This document shows, in pieces, positions 1 to 12,999 of a stretch of 64,000 nucleotides of DNA. The stretch is from Eledone cirrhosa (Eukaryota). Positions within the stretch are counted from its first letter, which is position 1; the number at the start of each line of letters is the position of its first letter. Under the pieces are notes generated by a model. That model saw only the letters and a list, made by a program, of their open reading frames with translations. It ran no database searches and was not told the origin of the DNA. The DNA lies in NCBI GenBank assembly GCA_964016885.1, contig OZ024742.1, positions 250,790,001-250,854,000 of the forward strand. The letters are read 5' to 3'. A program made the position numbers and the translations under genes.

Positions 1-215
1 CTACCTGCTTCAGTAGAACTCCATTCACGTGTAGAGTGCACTGCACAGGCTTCCTTGAGAAGACAAGTGTTTCAGTTTTCGCAGCATTGATTTTCATTCC
101 AGCCATGTAGCACTTTGTATCAAACCTATTGAGTGCATTTTGGAGATCACCTTCTGTCGAGTTAAGCAACACCATGTCATCTGCAAATTCCAGCTGACTG
201 ATTTTACACCCGCCA
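1..215 (-). mobile_element. RTE-like LINE reverse-transcriptase fragment, running off the window edge
   Basis: The reverse complement aligns by eye to 9120-9330. It retains an intact FADD motif (ttt gca gat gac atg gtg ttg = FADDMVL). Confidence 0.85.
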
Positions 216-333
216 ATCATTATACCACTTCCAACCCATTTTAAAGTTTCCCACTTGGATTAAAATAGTCCAACATAATTTGATATAAGAACCTTCTGTT
301 ATGTTACAAATATCATCTTAATAATGAAATAAT

Positions 334-509
334 TGTTTCTACTTTTGGCACAAGGCCAGCAATTACCCAGTGTATTACTGGTACTTTATTTTATCGACCC
401 CGTAAGGATGAAAGGCAAAGTTAACCTCGGCGGGATTTGAAGTCAGAATTGCAAGGGCCGTAACTCGATACGTCAAAGCATAACGTCCGACCCTCTACCG
501 ATACTGCCA
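334..509 (-). mobile_element. tRNA-derived SINE family A
   Basis: Read on the - strand it has an A-box-like TGGCAGTATCGG and the core CTTTGCCTTTCATCCTTACGGGGTCGATAAAATAAAGTACCAG. An 11-bp TSD aatgaaataat lies at 323-333 and 510-520. Confidence 0.85.
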
Positions 510-829
510 AATGAAATAATGATTTTAGTAAATCCCTCCAAATACAGTGTATTTCATCAGAAATATTGTCACAAATGTGTTTACACTTGATACTATAGAT
601 TTTCAACTTTTATTTAAATTAAATTCTTCCAACAAAATTTTATATAAGAACCATGTTAAGTTACTATCGTAGTAATGAAATTATTTTAGTAAATCCTTCC
701 AAATTGTTCATTAATTTATTGTAATTGAGAATATTTCATTAAAAATATAGCCATGAAAGGGTTAAATGTTTTGCAGTATTTCTTCTAATTTTTCATGATA
801 TGTACATGTATATATATATATATGTATAT

Positions 830-1134
830 TATGCTGGTACCACAAAACATCCAGCCCATACTTTAAAGTGATCATGTAGGGGTCACAGCAAAAAGCACCC
901 AGCCCACACTGTAAAGTGGACATGAAAAAGACACGGCAAAAAGCACTCAACACACACTGTCAATGTGGTTGGCATTAGGAAGAGCATCCAGCCATAGAAA
1001 ACCAACCAGAAAGAATCCTATATGAGCGAGACACAATCACCTGATCCAACTTGCCTTTAAATGGGACAAACACGTCTAACCCATGCTAGCATGGAAGATA
1101 GACATTAATCAATGATGATGATGATGATAATGAT
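830..1134 (+). mobile_element. SINE family B, 3' portion
   Basis: Internal aaaagcacccagcccacactgtaaagtgg modules, then ccatgctagcatggaa and a (GAT)n tail, as in 5192-5588. Confidence 0.75.
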
Positions 1135-1764
1135 AACTTCCAAAACCATCAAGGTTAACTTTGCCTCTCATCGTTTCAGGGATCACTAAAGAAAGCGCCA
1201 GTCCAGGGCAAATGTATTGGTGGAATTGTTAGAGCATTGTTTGTGTGTTGTGTTGTTTGGTGCAGAATGTGTGTGTGGAGGGAGTGGGGTATCATCTTAA
1301 ACCTATTTTTCCATGCTTGCAGGGGTTAGAGATGTCTTTTCCAGTACAGCTTCCTTCTACTTATTGCATTCCTTCGTTATCATCTCTGTGAGGTTAATTG
1401 CTTTTAGATCAACTCACACTACATCTTCCCAGGTCTTCTTCTGTCTTACTCTACTGCATCTTCATTCCACTTGGATCTCTTGGCACTTCTTCACCCAGAA
1501 ATCATATTTATGTAACATGTCATTATCTAATACATGTGGGGGGGGGGGTTGTGAATGAGTATTTGTGTGAGTGTGTAAGCACAGTTTTGAAATTTTTTTA
1601 AGAGAAAGACAATATTGAGATTGGTGTGAATATGTGTTTGTGTGTGTGAGAGTGAGGAGAGAGAGAGGGGTCTAATTAAAAGTTAAAGATAATAGAGAAG
1701 ATGGCAAAGAGCCAAAGATGGTACAGAATAGACACTATGTTGAAACATCAACATAGTTAGAGTG

Positions 1765-1990
1765 GACAATAACAAAAACAACCATAACAGCAACCACAAC
1801 AACAGTAACAACAATAACCACAATAGCAACAACCACAGTAGTAATAACCATGAAAACAACTACTACAACAACAGTAACAACAATAACCACAACAGCAAGA
1901 ACCACAGCAGTAACAACCATGAAAACAACTACTACAGCAACAGTAACAACAATAACTACAACAGCAACAACCACAGCAGTAACTACTCAT
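1765..1990. repeat. ACA/AAC-rich low-complexity tract with a 69-bp period
   Basis: ccatgaaaacaactactac recurs at about 1848 and 1917. ORF 1850-2128 shows the matching 23-aa period. Confidence 0.8.
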
Positions 1991-2079
1991 CACCCTGTCA
2001 AATCCCACCACACTTGTCATACACCCATAATATCATACTTATTTTGCTTCTCCCCAACCCCCTGTCGGGCAGTGGAGGC

Positions 2080-2900
2080 TCTTCAGTTGCAACAACAACC
2101 AACAACTTCTCTAGTGCTAGTGCCATAAAAATACATCCAATATACTCTGTATGGTAGTTGGCAATAGGAAGGGCCTCGAGCTGTAGAAACCCTGTCAAAA
2201 AGGGCCTAGTGGATCCTTCAGTTGAGTCAAGGGGACAACAACCACAAGTTCTTTGGGGATCTACACAATATGTGCACCTAGTCACCATGTAAAGTGGTTG
2301 ATGATAGGAAGGCCATCCAGCCATAGAAAACCTGCCAAACAAAGGGCCAGGAGAACCCTTCAGCTGTGTCGAAGCTATAAGAAGCTCTTTAGTGCTAATG
2401 TCAAATGCACTTGTTAGAAGATGAGATTGTATGTAAGCGAGGTGCAGGCTCCCAGCCTGTCTGGGAAGCCAGTAGCACTATATGGATACTGACTTTGTCT
2501 GAGAAGACTTATACCTTTGCTAGCAGGGAAAATGGATGTTAAATGATGATAATAAGGTTGAGGAGATTCTTCAGTTGTAACAAGGGAACAATAACCAACC
2601 TAGTGCTAGTATAACAATAAAATGTACCCAGTACACATTGTAAATGTGGTTGGTGTTAGGAAGCGTGTCCAGCGATAAAAACCATGCTAAACAAACAGTT
2701 AAGAGGATTCTTCAATTGTCGCAAGGGCACGACAACCTCCTTACTGCTAATGCCAAGGATAAAATGCACCTGGTACACTCTGTAAAATGCTGATATATAT
2801 GATGCAGTGGAGAGTGGATGTCAGGGAGGACTGTGACCTGCCCAACCCTTGCCAGTATGAAAAAACAGTTGTTGAATGATACATACATGCATACATGAGG
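2080..2900 (+). repeat. Degenerate tandem series of SINE-B-derived modules
   Basis: The string cttcagttg..acaacc..tagtgcta..aaaatg(c/t)acc..tgtaaa..gttgg..taggaag..ccagc..tagaaa recurs about 4-5 times. Confidence 0.55.
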
Positions 2901-3865
2901 GGAAGGTATACACACACACACACACAGTAGACAATGTGGAGATGATGATTCAGTAGTGACATACACACCACTGACAGGTCAACATAAACATGTCACCTCA
3001 CTGAACTACAAGATACACACTCAGACACACAGTTTCACTATCTCATATACAAGTACACAATCTCTCTTTCTCATACACACACATTCTCTTTTTCTCATAT
3101 ACAGTCTCTCTTACATACCACTGACAGATCAATATAAACAAATCAATTTACAACTATAACCATAACACACACGTTCACACACACATTCTTTTATTAGTTT
3201 CATTCATTAGATTGCTGCCATGTGGGGCAATACCTTCAAAATATTTAATCAATCATATTGACCCCTACACATTTTTTTCAGATCCAGTACATATTTTATT
3301 GATCTCTTTTTATTGAACAGCTAAGTTAAGGGACCTGACCTAAACATAGAAAGAGACACAAATGTAAACACAGACACAAACATAGATATACACAAGCATT
3401 ATACACAAGCATTATACCCCCCACCTACATACACACATTATTATATACACAATGAACTTCTGCAATTTCCATCAACCAAATTTCCCTCACAAGTCTGTGG
3501 TCAACCCAACGCTACAATAGCAGGCATTTGCTTCAAGTCCCAGACACTGGGAGTGAATGCCAAACCACATCAACAGTGGGCAATCTAGATGTGGCCATAT
3601 ATGTGAATACAGAACCACAAGAGTGTGTGATCTGAGGGAAATTTGGCTGTTATTTGTAGCAGGTCAAGCAACTACATAGAGACCCATTCATTGGCTAATC
3701 TACAATCTAAGTATGTAGCTTAATTGAAAGTCAGTGACTTCAGGAAAGCTTCTCTCAAAATCCAGTATTTTTTTATGGGAGAGGTCTCAGCCGTGAATTG
3801 TTAAAGTCTGTCTCTAGACTAAAAGCTGATCAGCCTGATGTTTATCCCGGTTTCTGTGGCATTAA

Positions 3866-4082
3866 TCCTTTAGCTTTTACATTACTCTATATTTACTATT
3901 GTATTTTTATGGTAAAGGCTTTATTTACCTCACATTCTCACACAATGTTGAATCCACAAAATTTTGATATTTATGTTGAAAACAATATCTTAATGTCAAT
4001 ATGAGCAGCTGGTTATGGCCAGTTCGAATAGAAAGAGGTGAGAGAATTCTGGCCAGATACGGCTGGTTTAAATGCTAAAGGG
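3866..4082. mobile_element. piggyBac-type MITE
   Basis: TTAA flanks at 3862-3865 and 4083-4086, with TIRs tcctttagc and gctaaaggg. It is an inverted homolog of 11118-11293. Confidence 0.8.
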
Positions 4083-4134
4083 TTAAACAACAGAGAATAG
4101 AAGACTCCGCTTGGAAAAGTTTCCAGTTAAGTGA

Positions 4135-4195
4135 AAGCCACACATCTAGCTTTTGGATATCTGGAAAAGGCTTTTGACAGAGTACCACAAAACCA
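4135..4195 (+). mobile_element. Short LINE RT remnant
   Basis: Translates HLAFGYLEKAFDRVP, matching the DLEKAFDRV-type motif of non-LTR reverse transcriptases. Confidence 0.6.
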
Positions 4196-4689
4196 TACAG
4201 AGAGAGCTGCTTGATTAAATAATCAATCAGACTCAGCCATTAAACCAGATGATATAGTAATGAAAGGCAGAGGAAAAAGTGCTGTATCAAGGAAACTGCC
4301 CTTTATGACCCAGCAAAGAGATACATGTTACATATAGGAGAGACACATGCAAAAAGACTGAGAGGCTGGAAGAAGAGGAGTGAATCAAGATAATAGGAAG
4401 TGTATATGAGGAAAATTATGGAAGGTGAGAACAATAGAATTGTCAAAGCGAGGAAAAATCAAGGGGTTTATAGTAACTGTCTAGCATTAGTTAATGCAAT
4501 AAGCCAAATCAACAACGAAACAGAACAAACACATAATTTTGATCTTCAGTCATCCATTCTGGATCAACAGCAGTAGTAAGGATGATATCCAACATGATAT
4601 ACAAAAATCCACCATAGTGACCAATGAAAGTAGACATATATTTGGGTGTGTATGTATGTGTGATTATATATATAAAGACAATAATGTTT

Positions 4690-4800
4690 CTTCTCTGAGG
4701 ATTCTGAAGTGCATGACCTTTATAATAATATATATGCATACGCATATATATAGACCTGTTATATTGCAATTGTACTTTAGATGAAACACTGTGTAAGGAG
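4690..4800 (+). ncRNA. Type-I hammerhead ribozyme motif with extended stem II
   Basis: Stem I cttct/aggag. Core CTGAGGA at 4695-4701. Stem II tctgaagtgca/tgtactttaga with an inner atatatatgc/gcatatatat hairpin. GAAA at 4783. Stem III ACAC-T-GTGT, then a GTA cleavage triplet. Confidence 0.7.
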
Positions 4801-5004
4801 TAAATCTTGTTTTTAAATGTATTACCTTATCCTCCATATATTTTTGCTTTTATATATATATATATATAAGTAGAAGGGGTATTTAATTTGTTGGAAGTCC
4901 AACAAGTATAAATGTTTATAACTGATTTAGAGCACTCAACAAATTAGTGGAGTAAATATTCAATGATATTAAATAAATGGAAATTATATTTATAAAACCA
5001 TATT

Positions 5005-5067
5005 TATTTTATTATATATATTTCAAGGGTACCAAGACACATTGGTACGCTCTCCTCAGATAAAATA
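5005..5067 (-). ncRNA. Type-I minimal hammerhead motif inside a ~280-bp AT-rich element (4865-5143)
   Basis: The - strand reads tattttat CTGAGGA gagcgtaccaa-tgtgtc-ttggtaccctt GAAA TATATA TA ataaaata. Stem I is 8 bp and stem III is palindromic. The element is homologous to 62941-63350. Confidence 0.8.
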
Positions 5068-5191
5068 CAAAGTTTGTTTTATAAATAGAGACATACCCAT
5101 GAAAATCATACCTTATCGGTTGGATATTCTCTGGATAGTCTAGATAGTGTGTGTGTGTGTGCATGTGTATGAGAGTGTGTGTGTGTATGAA

Positions 5192-5588
5192 GGCGCATGG
5201 CTTAGTGGTTAGAGCATTGGGCTATTGGGCTTGCAATCCAAAGGTTGTGAGTTCGATTCTCAGACCGGGTGATGTGTTGTTTCCTTGAGCAAGACACTTT
5301 ATTTCACATTGCTTCAGTTTACTCAGCTGTAGAAATGGAAAGTGGTCGTGGAGTTGCCACGGCAAAAAAGCACTCAGCCCACACTGTAAAGTGGACGTGT
5401 AGGTGCCACGGCAAAAAAGCACCCAGCACTCACTGTAAATGAGGTTGATGTTAGGAAGGGCATGCAGCTGTAGAAATCAAGCCAGAATCAGTTACCGTAT
5501 GAGCCGACTGGACACTGCTCACAACAGGACAACCTGTCTAACCCATGCTAGCATGGAAGAACGGACGTAAAACGGTGATGATGATGAT
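5192..5588 (+). mobile_element. tRNA-derived SINE family B, full length
   Basis: A box TGGCTTAGTGG, B box GTTCGATTC, core ccttgagcaagacacttt, two internal ~45-bp modules and a (GAT)n tail. A second copy starts at 38321. Confidence 0.85.
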
Positions 5589-6110
5589 ATATATATATAT
5601 AATGTACCCCCTACTCACTACAAGCCATATAGCCTAGACCCCTCTCATACACACCCAACTCCAATCAATATCTCCCAGCCAGACAAAGGACACTGAGCAC
5701 CCTAGTGTTGTAATGACATAGTACAAGAGTCACAATAAAATGCTCCCAATACATGCTGAAAAGTGGTTGACATTAGGAAGGGCATCTAACTGAAGAAACC
5801 ATGTGCCGAGTACATGCAGTAAAGTGATTGGTGTTATGAAGAACATCCAGCTGTAGAATAGCCTAAAACAGAACATATGAGCAACACATGGTCACCTGGC
5901 CTATCAAGCCTCACCATATGACAACCTGTCTAACCCATGCAAACATGGAAAATGGTAATGGTGGTGTACATATGAGTGAGTGTGTGTGTGTGTACACATA
6001 CATACAGTGATTTTTTTTTGTTATATATCCTGGTTCAAGTTTCTTATGCAAACATGACATTCACCAATGAAAAGTTGACCTGTAAGTTATAAACTAAGCA
6101 AATACTATTG

Positions 6111-6142
<32 letters not shown>

Positions 6143-6307
6143 GAGAGAGATGTATACAGTACACTTTGTGAAATGGTAGTATTGGTACCACAATAAAATG
6201 CACCAAATACACTTTGTTAGTGCTGATGCCAATAGAAAATATACACAGAACACTCAGTAAAGTGGTAGTTCTGACCCCATGATAAAATGTACCCAGTAAA
6301 TTATGTA

Positions 6308-7295
6308 TCGTGTCATGATAAAATGTACCCAGTATACTGTGCATTGTGGCAGAACTAGTGTCATGATAAAATGTACCCAGTATACTGTGCATTGTGGCAG
6401 AACTAGTGTCATGATAAAATGTACCCAGTATACTGTGCATTGTGGCAGAACTAGTGTCATGATAAAATGTACCCAGTATACTGTGCATTGTGGCAGAACT
6501 AGTGTCATGATAAAATGTACCCAGTATACTGTGCATTGTGGCAGAACTAGTGTCATGATAAAATGTACCCAGTATACTGTGCATTGTGGCAGAACTAGTG
6601 TCATGATAAAATGTACCCAGTATACTGTGCATTGTGGCAGAACTAGTGTCATGATAAAATGTACCCAGTATACTGTGCATTGTGGTAGAGCTGGTGTCAT
6701 GATAAAATGTACCCAGTATACTGTGCATTGTGGCAGAACTAGTGTCATGATAAAATGTACCCAGTATACTGTGCATTGTGGCAGAACTAGTGTCATGATA
6801 AAATGTACCCAGTATACTGTGCATTGTGGCAGAACTAGTGTCATGATAAAATGTACCCAGTATACTGTGCATTGTGGTAGAGCTGGTGTCATGATAAAAT
6901 GTACCCAGTATACTGTGCATTGTGGCAGAACTAGTGTCATGATAAAATGTACCCAGTATACTGTGCATTGTGGCAGAACTAGTGTCATGATAAAATGTAC
7001 CCAGTATACTGTGCATTGTGGCAGAACTAGTGTCATGATAAAATGTACCCAGTATACTGTGCATTGTGGCAGAACTACTGTCATGATAAAATGTACCCAG
7101 TATACTGTGCATTGTGGTAGAGCTGGTGTCATGATAAAATGTACCCAGTATACTGTGCATTGTGGTAGAGCTGGTGTCATGATAAAATGTACCCAGTATA
7201 CTGTGCATTGTGGTAGAGCTGGTGTCATGATAAAATGTACCCAGTATACTGTGCATTGTGGTAGAGCTGGTGTCATGATAAAATGCACCCAGTAA
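6308..7295. repeat. 48-bp minisatellite, about 20.5 copies
   Basis: Unit tagtgtcatgataaaatgtacccagtatactgtgcattgtggcagaac. Variant order from ORF 6303-7295 is A7-B-A3-B-A3-A'-B4. Confidence 0.97.
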
Positions 7296-7680
7296 ACTCT
7301 CTGAAGTAGTTAGTGTTACAAAGAGTATCCAGCTATAGAAATAATACCAAAATATGAGCAAGACATAATCCCCCACAATTTCTCTCATCATGGACATGGA
7401 CGGTGACAACCCATTACAGGTTGGAAAGAAGATATAAAATGATGATGATTATTAATATTTGTGAGTGATATAAATATTTGAAATGATATTCACTTTTTGC
7501 ATCTCATAGTAGGTTTCATGGGTGTTTTAAGGAGTCCCTGTCCTATCTTGAAAAGTAACATGAAATGAAACGTTTTGCTCAAGAAAGCAATGTGCCACCC
7601 TATCCAGAGATCAAACCCATGACCTTATGATCAGGGGTTCAAGACCTTAACCGCTAGGTTATGTGCCTTCACATAATAAT

Positions 7681-7863
7681 TGTTTCTACTTTAGGCACAA
7701 GGCCAGCAATTATCTAGTGCATTACTGGTACTTTATTTTATCGACCCCGTAAAGATGAAAGGCAAAGTTAACCTTGGCGGGATTTGAACTCAGAATGTAA
7801 AGGGACGTAACTATGCTAGAAAGCATGGCGTCCAACCCTCTACCGATACTGCCAATTCACCGC
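7681..7863 (-). mobile_element. tRNA-derived SINE family A
   Basis: A-box and B-box (GAGTTCAAATCC) on the - strand. A 15-bp TSD ccttcacataataat lies at 7666-7680 and 7864-7878. Confidence 0.9.
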
Positions 7864-8118
7864 CCTTCACATAATAATATTGAAGAAGAAGACATTTGTA
7901 CATTATTCTATGTACTATACATGCACCTTTGATGAGTTGTAGTGCACCTGAGCACTGTACACAATAATTTCATTATTATTATTTTAAGAGTAATCTATAT
8001 AATATTTGGCAATAATATAAATATAACTCTTAACATTCTATAACGATTTGCCAGAAAATATCTAAAAACTGGTTTGTTATTTCAAAATATTTATTATTTC
8101 AAATGTTTATAGTATCTT

Positions 8119-9912
8119 GCATTTGCGGTACAAGCAGGCACGAAGTATAGCAGCAGAGACGGAAAACACGTCCAAAGTTAAGATATGGGAGAACTTTGGG
8201 GTTAAGCTAGAATCCAACTTCAGATCACCAAATAAAGTATTCTGGCAGATTAGTAATAAGAAGTCCTCCTTCACACCTGTTATCAAGAACGTATCTGGGA
8301 TTCTATTCTCCTCTCCTCTTAGAGGTGCATCCTTGTAAGGTGGAGAGAATACTTTGGTGATCTCCTAAACCCAATCACAACAGCATCTGCTGTACAAGGG
8401 GTGCATCTGGGAGCAGTGACTAACCTCAGAGAGGCTGAGGTCATAAGAGCAGTTAAAGAGCTCAAATGTGGCAAGGCCACTGAGGAAGATGAAATCCGAC
8501 CTGATATGTTAAAAGCCTTAACTAGAGAACGTATTCTCTGGCTGATTCGTGTGTACGGGGTGGCCTGGATCTGGAAAGGCACCTAAGCAATGGCCATATG
8601 GAGTGATAATCCCAATTTTCAAAATGGGAGACAAGAGAGATTGTTCCAATTATAGAGGGATTTCCTTGTTAAGCCTCCATGGTAAAGTCTTTGCTAAGTG
8701 TCTGGCAAACAGATGCAGGGAGATTGTCAAATCCAAGCTAGCTGATAAACCGTGTGGTTTTCGCCCCAGACGCAGCACAGCTGACCAAATATTCATACTA
8801 CGGCAAGTCTTCAAGAAATCATGGGAGTATTGCTAAGAGGTATGTTCTTGATTTGTAGACCTCAAAAAGGCATATGACCACATTCCTCGGGAACTGTTGT
8901 GGAAGATTGTGCAGGAGTACAGGATCCATGTCAGCTTCTTACTGCCCTGATGTCTCTGCATGAATGCCTGAGTATTTGTATTCAGATAAATGGTGCTAAA
9001 TTAAAACCATTCAATATGGGAGTCGGACTCCGCCAAGGATGCATACTGTCACCTCTCCTGTTAATTATATTCATGAACAGGATTGACATGAGCAACCAGG
9101 TTAAAAGTGATTTCACAACTGGCAAGTGTAAAATCAGTCAGTGGGAATTTGCAGACAACATAGTATTACTTAACTCGACAGAAGGTGATTTCCGATTTGC
9201 TCTCGATAGGTTTGATGCCGAGTGCCACATGGCTGGAATGAAAATCAGTGCTGCGCAAACTGAGACATTCTCTCAAGGAAGCCTATGCAGTGCACTCTAC
9301 ATGTGAATGGAGTTCCACTAAAGCAAGTGAAGAAGTTCAGGTATCTCAGGACCGTGTTCACAAGTGATGGAAGGCAGAAGGCTGAATTAAGTGCAAGAAT
9401 TGCAGGAGCTGGAGCAGTAAAGCACCAGCTTCAGCATTCAGTAATCAGAAGAAGGGAGGTAGGTGTGAAAGCTAAACTTGCTACCTTCAATTTGGTATTC
9501 ATGTCAACCGTTACCTATGGTCATGAATCTTGGGTAATGACTGAATGAATATGATTGCTAATACAAGTGGCCGAAGGGTCTTTACAGTAATGTTACTCGA
9601 TAAAGTGCGTACCTCGGAGATCAGAGAGTCACTCCAGGTAGAGCTGCTACTTCTCCGAATTAAGAGATCAGAGCTCCAGTGCTATGGGCATGTGGTTAGA
9701 ATGTCTCAGGAAAGAATTACTGGACAGATTTTATGGGCAAAACCAACCAGCAGGAGATCCAGGAGTAGACTCCGAGCAAGATGGTTAGATAACATCCATG
9801 GGGATCCAGCCAAATCAGTTGGAGACGGTTACTTCTGACAGGACCCACTGGAAAGAGTGTTTGAAGACTATACCCCCACGACCCTCTCAGGAATAGGTGG
9901 GTGAAGAAGAAG
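8119..9912 (+). mobile_element. 5'-truncated, frameshifted RTE-like LINE (reverse-transcriptase pseudogene)
   Basis: ORF pieces carry NYRGISLLS, GFRPRRSTADQIF, DLKKAYD, GLRQGCILSPLL, FADN, TYGHESW and YGHVVRM. It ends in a (GAA)n tail. TSD atagta(t/c)ctt at 8109-8118 and 9913-9922. Confidence 0.92.
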
Positions 9913-10433
9913 ATAGTACCTTTACTACAAGTAGACAGATCATTGTGAAACTTTGCAGTATTAAAGTAAAGACTTTATTTTTATGTGATGCAGTCATAGT
10001 ACTATTTTGTACTTTTCAAGAACATCTTGCTAAAGTGGTTTCATATGGTACAAGACATTAAGAGAGATAATATTTATAATCAAAGTAATAAATCTAGATA
10101 TCTAATGGTGTGTAGGAGTGAGAAAGCAGCTGCCACCACCACTATAACTGGTGGTGGTGGTGGTGGTCTCTGTACATGGAATATAATATAACATGTGTAA
10201 TATGGTTGTTATCTGTGACCTTAACTAGAACTAATTGCTGGCTTCTAACATAGCATTAACACTGTTAACACACTGTCAGCACTTACACATTGTTACACTT
10301 CCTTCTTCTGGTATTTATCTTAAAAAGTCAACACACACTCAAAAACAAATACTTCCTCACACAAACACACATCACTCTTAAACACACACACAAACTAAGA
10401 AATAATATCAACATAAAGAGCTGTTTATGAATA

Positions 10434-10700
10434 TGTCATCACTTTCTGATCCTTTTCCATGCACGCTGGCATGGGTTGGACAGGTTGTCACAGTCCAAGA
10501 CCAGACATGTCAAAGTGACTAGGCTGGCTCATTACATTCCATATTTGGCATGGTTTCTATAGCTGAATGCCCTTCCTAACACGAATACCAAATTAGAGGG
10601 TTTGCTGAGTGTATTTTTTGTGACACCAGCACAGATGTATTGCTTGTGACACCACCTTACAGAGTGAACTAGGTGCATTTTATTGCGGCACCAGCACTAG
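10434..10700 (-). mobile_element. SINE family B, 3' portion, diverged
   Basis: ttttccatgc..gcatgggttggacaggttgtc..gcccttcctaacac is the reverse complement of the SINE-B tail. Confidence 0.65.
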
Positions 10701-11054
10701 AGAAGTTGCCATTTCCTACTTCAGACTAGAAAGTCCTCTCTAATCCAATATTGTCTCCATTTTATTGTGGTACCAGCATTAGAGATTGTCATTTGCTAGT
10801 CCAGACTGAAGAGTCCTCTCTAATCCAATAATTTTTCTATTCAATTTCCAAACACAGTAGTCTCTTTACTTTTAGTGTCACTACACTTGTACTGGCTGAC
10901 AAGTTTTTTGTGTTATATATATCGTCACTCAGCTTTGTCCTGTGTCATCCCCTTCCTGAGGTTCAGTTTATGGCTTTGTCTTGAAAATTGTTTTCCTTGT
11001 TCCTTCCTCTTCTCACTCTCTATTTTTCTATTTTATCTTTTATTTTTCATTCTA

Positions 11055-11090
11055 TCTTCTGATGAAGGACTAGTGTCCAAAACATAAAGA
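11055..11090 (+). ncRNA. Decayed minimal hammerhead motif
   Basis: tctt CTGATGA aggac-tagt-gtcc AAAA CA TA aaga. GAAACGTA appears to have decayed to AAAACATA, consistent with CpG-type changes. Confidence 0.45.
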
Positions 11091-11117
11091 CTCTTTCCCT
11101 ACTATATCAAGCATTAA

Positions 11118-11293
11118 CCTTTTAGCATTTAAACTGGCCATATCTGACCAGAATTCTCTCACCTCTTTCTGTTCAAATTGGCTATAAGTAGTTACTCAAA
11201 CCAACATTAAGGTATTGTTCTCAAAATAAATAATATCAAAATCTCATAGATTCAATACAATAGTAAATATAGAGTAATGCAAATGCTAAAGAG
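11118..11293. mobile_element. piggyBac-type MITE
   Basis: TTAA at 11114-11117 and 11294-11297, with TIRs ccttttagcattt and aaatgctaaagag. Confidence 0.8.
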
Positions 11294-11549
11294 TTAAATT
11301 AATATATTTCTTCATTGTACTGTTGTTTGCTTGTTGTTGTTTCCATATGCACACACACACACACACACATATATATGTATATATATATATGTGCAAACAA
11401 GTTTAACAAGTAGAGATCTACTTTGAGATATGGTAAGAAAATTTAAAGCTATTAAATGTGTTAGTACAATCTACAATTATGTAAAGCAAATAGTGTAAAT
11501 TCCAATAATTAACCTATACCCTTAGTATGTATGTATATACATACATATT

Positions 11550-11554
<5 letters not shown>

Positions 11555-11637
<83 letters not shown>
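11555..11637. repeat. (CA)n(TA)n microsatellite
   Basis: Direct reading. Confidence 0.97.
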
Positions 11638-11794
11638 CTCCAGTATGTGCGAATGATGTTATAATCATCTGATAATGCTTGATCTTACTGATAACCTTTT
11701 ACCTTGATAACCTCACTTTTCACCTCTTCACCTAATATGGTGTAGGGACAAAAGGAAATGGGTAGAATTATTTATGTTGATGGTTTTCAATTAG

Positions 11795-12150
11795 CTCTTA
11801 ACGTCCTGTAATGATTTAGCAGAAAATATCTAAAAATGGATTTGTTAATTCAAATGTTTACAGTATCTTTACTAGTGGGAAGCTCATTATGAAAATTTAC
11901 AGTAAACTAAAGACTTTAATTTTCAATGTAATGCAGTCATATTGCTGTTTTGTAATTTTCAAGAATGTTTTGTTAATGTGGTTTTATGTGGTTTACTAAT
12001 TCAAATGTTTGTAGAATGTTTACTAGTTGACTAATCATTGTGAAAATTTGCAGACATAAACTAAAGACTAATTTTTAATGTGATGCAGTCATAGCACTGA
12101 TTTGTACTTTTCAAGAATGTCTTACTAATGTGGTTTCATGCAGTAGAGGA
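11795..12150. repeat. Dispersed AT-rich repeat with a ~150-bp tandem duplication; uninterrupted paralog of the LINE insertion site
   Basis: It matches 8027-8118 joined to 9923-10050. The segment aattcaaatgttt..tactag..gcagtcat..ttcaagaatg occurs twice. Confidence 0.75.
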
Positions 12151-12185
12151 TATTTTCATTTAAACATATTTGAAATTTCAGAGAA

Positions 12186-12665
12186 TAAGGCACACCAATA
12201 GTATTCATGTATAAGGCACACCAATGGATTAAGACTCCCATATATGATATATTCATATATAAAGCACATTAATAGATTAAGACTCCCATATGTATTCTTG
12301 TATAAGGCACACCAATGGATTAAGATTCCCATATATGATATATTCATATATAAGGCACACTAATAGATTAATACTCCCATATATATTCTTGTATAAGACA
12401 CATTAGTAGATTAAGACTCCCATATATGATATATTCATATATAAGTCACACTAGTGGATTAAGACTCCCATATATATTCTTGTATAAGGCACACTAGTAG
12501 ATTAAGACTCCCATTTATATTCATGTATAAGGCACACTAGTAGATTAAGACACCTATATATATTCATATATAAGGTACACTAGTAGACTAAGACACCTAT
12601 ATATATATTCATGGCACACTAGTAGACTATGACACATATATATTCATGTATAAGTCACACTAGTT
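12186..12665. repeat. 43/48-bp minisatellite with a 91-bp dimeric period
   Basis: taaggcacac anchors are spaced 48, 43, 48, 43, 48, 43, 43. Confidence 0.85.
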
Positions 12666-12999
12666 GCACGTCCATTTACAATGCTAAAAGAAAAGCCTGA
12701 CCCAAACACAGAGGCTCATCATGCTAGAGCTTATCATTGGAGTAGGACAACAGAGTACAAGACTCACCCCTGGAGCTGATGTCAGTTCCTCACAGGGTTA
12801 ACTCATTGCTGTTGGTATACATTTTCAGCCGAGTTAACTAGAGCAACCTAAAATAAAGTGTTTTGCTCAAGAACGCAATATGCCACGCAGTCAAGGCATC
12901 AAACATCTATGACATTACAATCATTAACCTAAACCCTTAGCCTCTAGGCTATACACCTTTACATACATTTACAATGTACCATATATATATATAATAAAT

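Noticed and set aside
1735-2157. Asn-, Thr-, Val- and Cys-rich ORFs
   Set aside because: They are translations of a triplet low-complexity tract. They also show that Thr-rich ORFs arise by chance in this genome.
5192-5270. tRNA gene (also at 38321 and 56915)
   Set aside because: A and B boxes are present, but I see no complete cloverleaf and each continues into a SINE body and tail.
6308-7295. CRISPR-like appearance of this and the 42.1-kb and 43.7-kb arrays
   Set aside because: There are no unique spacers and no cas genes, and the context is eukaryotic.
6105-7409. 330-434 aa ORFs over the 48-bp array
   Set aside because: The unit length is a multiple of 3 and open in three frames. The array appears SINE-derived and has no domain or gene context.
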